In this document: one piece after another, positions 62,056-64,000 of the stretch | How the letters are laid out: each line of letters begins with the position of its first letter | How positions within the stretch are numbered: the stretch's first letter is position 1 | Source: Escherichia coli | Lineage (GTDB): Bacteria > Pseudomonadota > Gammaproteobacteria > Enterobacterales > Enterobacteriaceae | Strand: one strand, 5' to 3' | DNA length: 64,000 nucleotides | Assembly: GCF_024502345.1 (NCBI RefSeq) | Contig: NZ_JALDNN010000001.1 | Made by a program: the position numbers and the translations under genes | Notes under the pieces: model-generated | Databases searched by the model: none | Told to the model about the DNA's origin: nothing | Seen by the model: only the letters and a program-made list of their open reading frames with translations

Positions 62056-63011
62056 TGAAGCAACTTTGGTTTGCCATGTCATTAGTGACAGGTAGCCTGT
62101 TATTCTCTGCTAACGCCTCGGCCACTCCCGCGTCCGGGGCGTTATTACAGCAGATGAACCTGGCCAGTCAGTCACTGAATTACGAGCTGTCATTCATCAG
62201 CATCAATAAACAGGGTGTTGAGTCTCTGCGTTATCGACATGCACGCCTCGATAACCGTCCTCTTGCACAATTGTTGCAAATGGATGGCCCGCGCCGGGAA
62301 GTGGTACAGCGCGGCAATGAAATCAGCTATTTTGAACCGGGACTTGAACCGTTCACGCTTAATGGCGATTACATTGTTGATTCTCTGCCATCGCTTATCT
62401 ATACCGATTTCAAACGCCTTTCTCCTTACTACGACTTTATCTCCGTCGGGCGCACGCGTATTGCTGATCGTCTTTGCGAAGTCATTCGCGTGGTTGCCCG
62501 AGATGGTACACGCTACAGCTACATCGTGTGGATGGACACCGAATCGAAATTACCGATGCGGGTTGATCTCCTTGATCGCGATGGTGAAACGCTGGAACAA
62601 TTTCGCGTGATTGCTTTTAACGTCAATCAGGATATCAGCAGCAGTATGCAGACGCTGGCGAAGGCAAATTTGCCGCCGTTGCTTTCTGTTCCTGTAGGTG
62701 AAAAAGCTAAATTCAGCTGGACGCCAACCTGGTTGCCACAGGGTTTTAGCGAAGTTTCCAGTAGTCGACGTCCGCTACCGACGATGGACAACATGCCTAT
62801 CGAATCACGTCTCTATTCCGACGGATTATTCAGCTTCTCGGTAAACGTTAACCGCGCTACGCCATCGAGCACCGATCAGATGTTGCGCACCGGACGCAGA
62901 ACCGTCAGTACAAGCGTACGTGATAACGCCGAAATCACTATTGTCGGTGAACTGCCGCCGCAAACGGCGAAACGCATTGCCGAGAATATTAAGTTCGGGG
63001 CAGCGCAATGA
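62055..63011 (+). CDS. rseB: Sigma-E regulatory protein RseB
   Basis: 318-aa ORF with signal peptide; overlaps rseA stop. Confidence 0.95.
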   Translation: MKQLWFAMSLVTGSLLFSANASATPASGALLQQMNLASQSLNYELSFISINKQGVESLRYRHARLDNRPLAQLLQMDGPRREVVQRGNEISYFEPGLEPFTLNGDYIVDSLPSLIYTDFKRLSPYYDFISVGRTRIADRLCEVIRVVARDGTRYSYIVWMDTESKLPMRVDLLDRDGETLEQFRVIAFNVNQDISSSMQTLAKANLPPLLSVPVGEKAKFSWTPTWLPQGFSEVSSSRRPLPTMDNMPIESRLYSDGLFSFSVNVNRATPSSTDQMLRTGRRTVSTSVRDNAEITIVGELPPQTAKRIAENIKFGAAQ

Positions 63012-63487
63012 TCAAAGAGTGGGCTACCGTCGTCTCCTGGCAAAACGGGCAGGCGCTGGTCAGTTGTGATGTTAAAGCTTCATGCAGCAGCTGCGCTTCA
63101 CGCGCCGGTTGCGGTAGCCGCGTGTTGAATAAACTTGGCCCGCAAACCACGCATACCATTGTCGTACCCTGTGATGAACCGTTAGTGCCGGGGCAAAAAG
63201 TGGAATTGGGGATCGCCGAAGGCAGCCTGCTTAGCTCCGCATTACTGGTTTATATGTCGCCGCTGGTGGGATTATTCCTTATCGCTTCGCTATTTCAGCT
63301 ACTCTTTGCTTCTGACGTCGCAGCATTATGTGGTGCGGTCCTCGGCGGTATTGGCGGGTTCCTGATTGCGCGCGGCTACTCGCGTAAGTTTGCTGCCCGG
63401 GCAGAATGGCAACCGATCATCTTAAGCGTGGCATTGCCGCCTGGCCTTGTGCGATTTGAAACATCTTCGGAAGACGCGAGCCAGTGA
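63008..63487 (+). CDS. rseC: RseC (SoxR-reducing system protein)
   Basis: 159-aa ORF with Cys motifs and hydrophobic C-terminal half. Confidence 0.9.
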   Translation: MIKEWATVVSWQNGQALVSCDVKASCSSCASRAGCGSRVLNKLGPQTTHTIVVPCDEPLVPGQKVELGIAEGSLLSSALLVYMSPLVGLFLIASLFQLLFASDVAALCGAVLGGIGGFLIARGYSRKFAARAEWQPIILSVALPPGLVRFETSSEDASQ

Positions 63488-63684
63488 TTTCACTGGCTTT
63501 GTTGCATTTTGCATAACAAATGCGAGGACGTTTCCAGATACCACAATCCATACGGTATGAACATTTCCTCGCCTCAATGTTGTAGTGTAGAATGCGGCGT
63601 TTCTATTAATACAGACGTTAAGCTCAGAACAGCGACTTCTAAAAGCCTGGTTAACCGGGCATTAAGGCACAATAATCATACTTT

Positions 63685-64000
63685 ATGAAGAATATACGTA
63701 ACTTTTCGATCATAGCTCACATTGACCACGGTAAATCGACGCTGTCTGACCGTATTATCCAGATCTGCGGTGGCCTGTCTGACCGTGAAATGGAGGCGCA
63801 GGTTCTCGATTCCATGGATCTTGAGCGTGAGCGTGGCATTACCATCAAAGCGCAAAGCGTGACGCTGGACTACAAAGCGTCTGACGGCGAAACCTATCAG
63901 CTTAACTTTATCGACACCCCGGGCCACGTAGACTTCTCCTATGAAGTTTCCCGTTCGCTGGCTGCCTGTGAAGGTGCATTGCTGGTGGTCGACGCCGGGC
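63685..64000 (+). CDS. lepA: Elongation factor 4 (LepA), 5' partial, runs off window end
   Basis: ATG at 63685 opens [26 protein letters not shown]...DTPGHVDF; not in the ORF track because no stop falls inside the window. Confidence 0.9.

Overview
This window is an Escherichia coli-type chromosomal segment, in reverse orientation relative to the K-12 map, with two parts. Positions 15045-64000 are conserved core genome: ssrA (tmRNA), smpB, ratAB, bamE, recN, nadK, grpE, yfjD, ypjD, ffh, rpsP-rimM-trmD-rplS, yfiB-dgcN-yfiR, yfiL, aroF-tyrA, pheA-pheL, raiA, bamD, rluD, yfiH, clpB, the rrnG operon (16S, tRNA-Glu, 23S, 5S), kgtP, yfiM, pssA, patZ, yfiP, trxC, yfiF, ung, grcA, eamB, yfiE, srmB, yfiC, nadB, rpoE-rseABC and the start of lepA. 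Positions 1-15044 are the integrase-proximal end of a CP4-57-like integrative island inserted at the 3' end of ssrA. It carries a P4-type integrase, an AlpA regulator, a YfjJ/YagK-family gene, a degenerate serine-recombinase-like gene, AT-rich orphan genes, a decayed IS256-family transposase, and an IS903 remnant that truncates a YfjP-like GTPase gene. The main finding is the island cargo at 1727-7753: three translationally coupled genes encoding an MmeI-family N6-adenine methyltransferase whose nuclease motif appears degenerate, an SF2 DExH helicase, and a T5orf172 (GIY-YIG-like) protein, followed by a Bro-N gene. I interpret this as a candidate restriction-like anti-phage module of unusual architecture. 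All calls rest on reading the sequence and recalled family signatures; no database search or computation was run.
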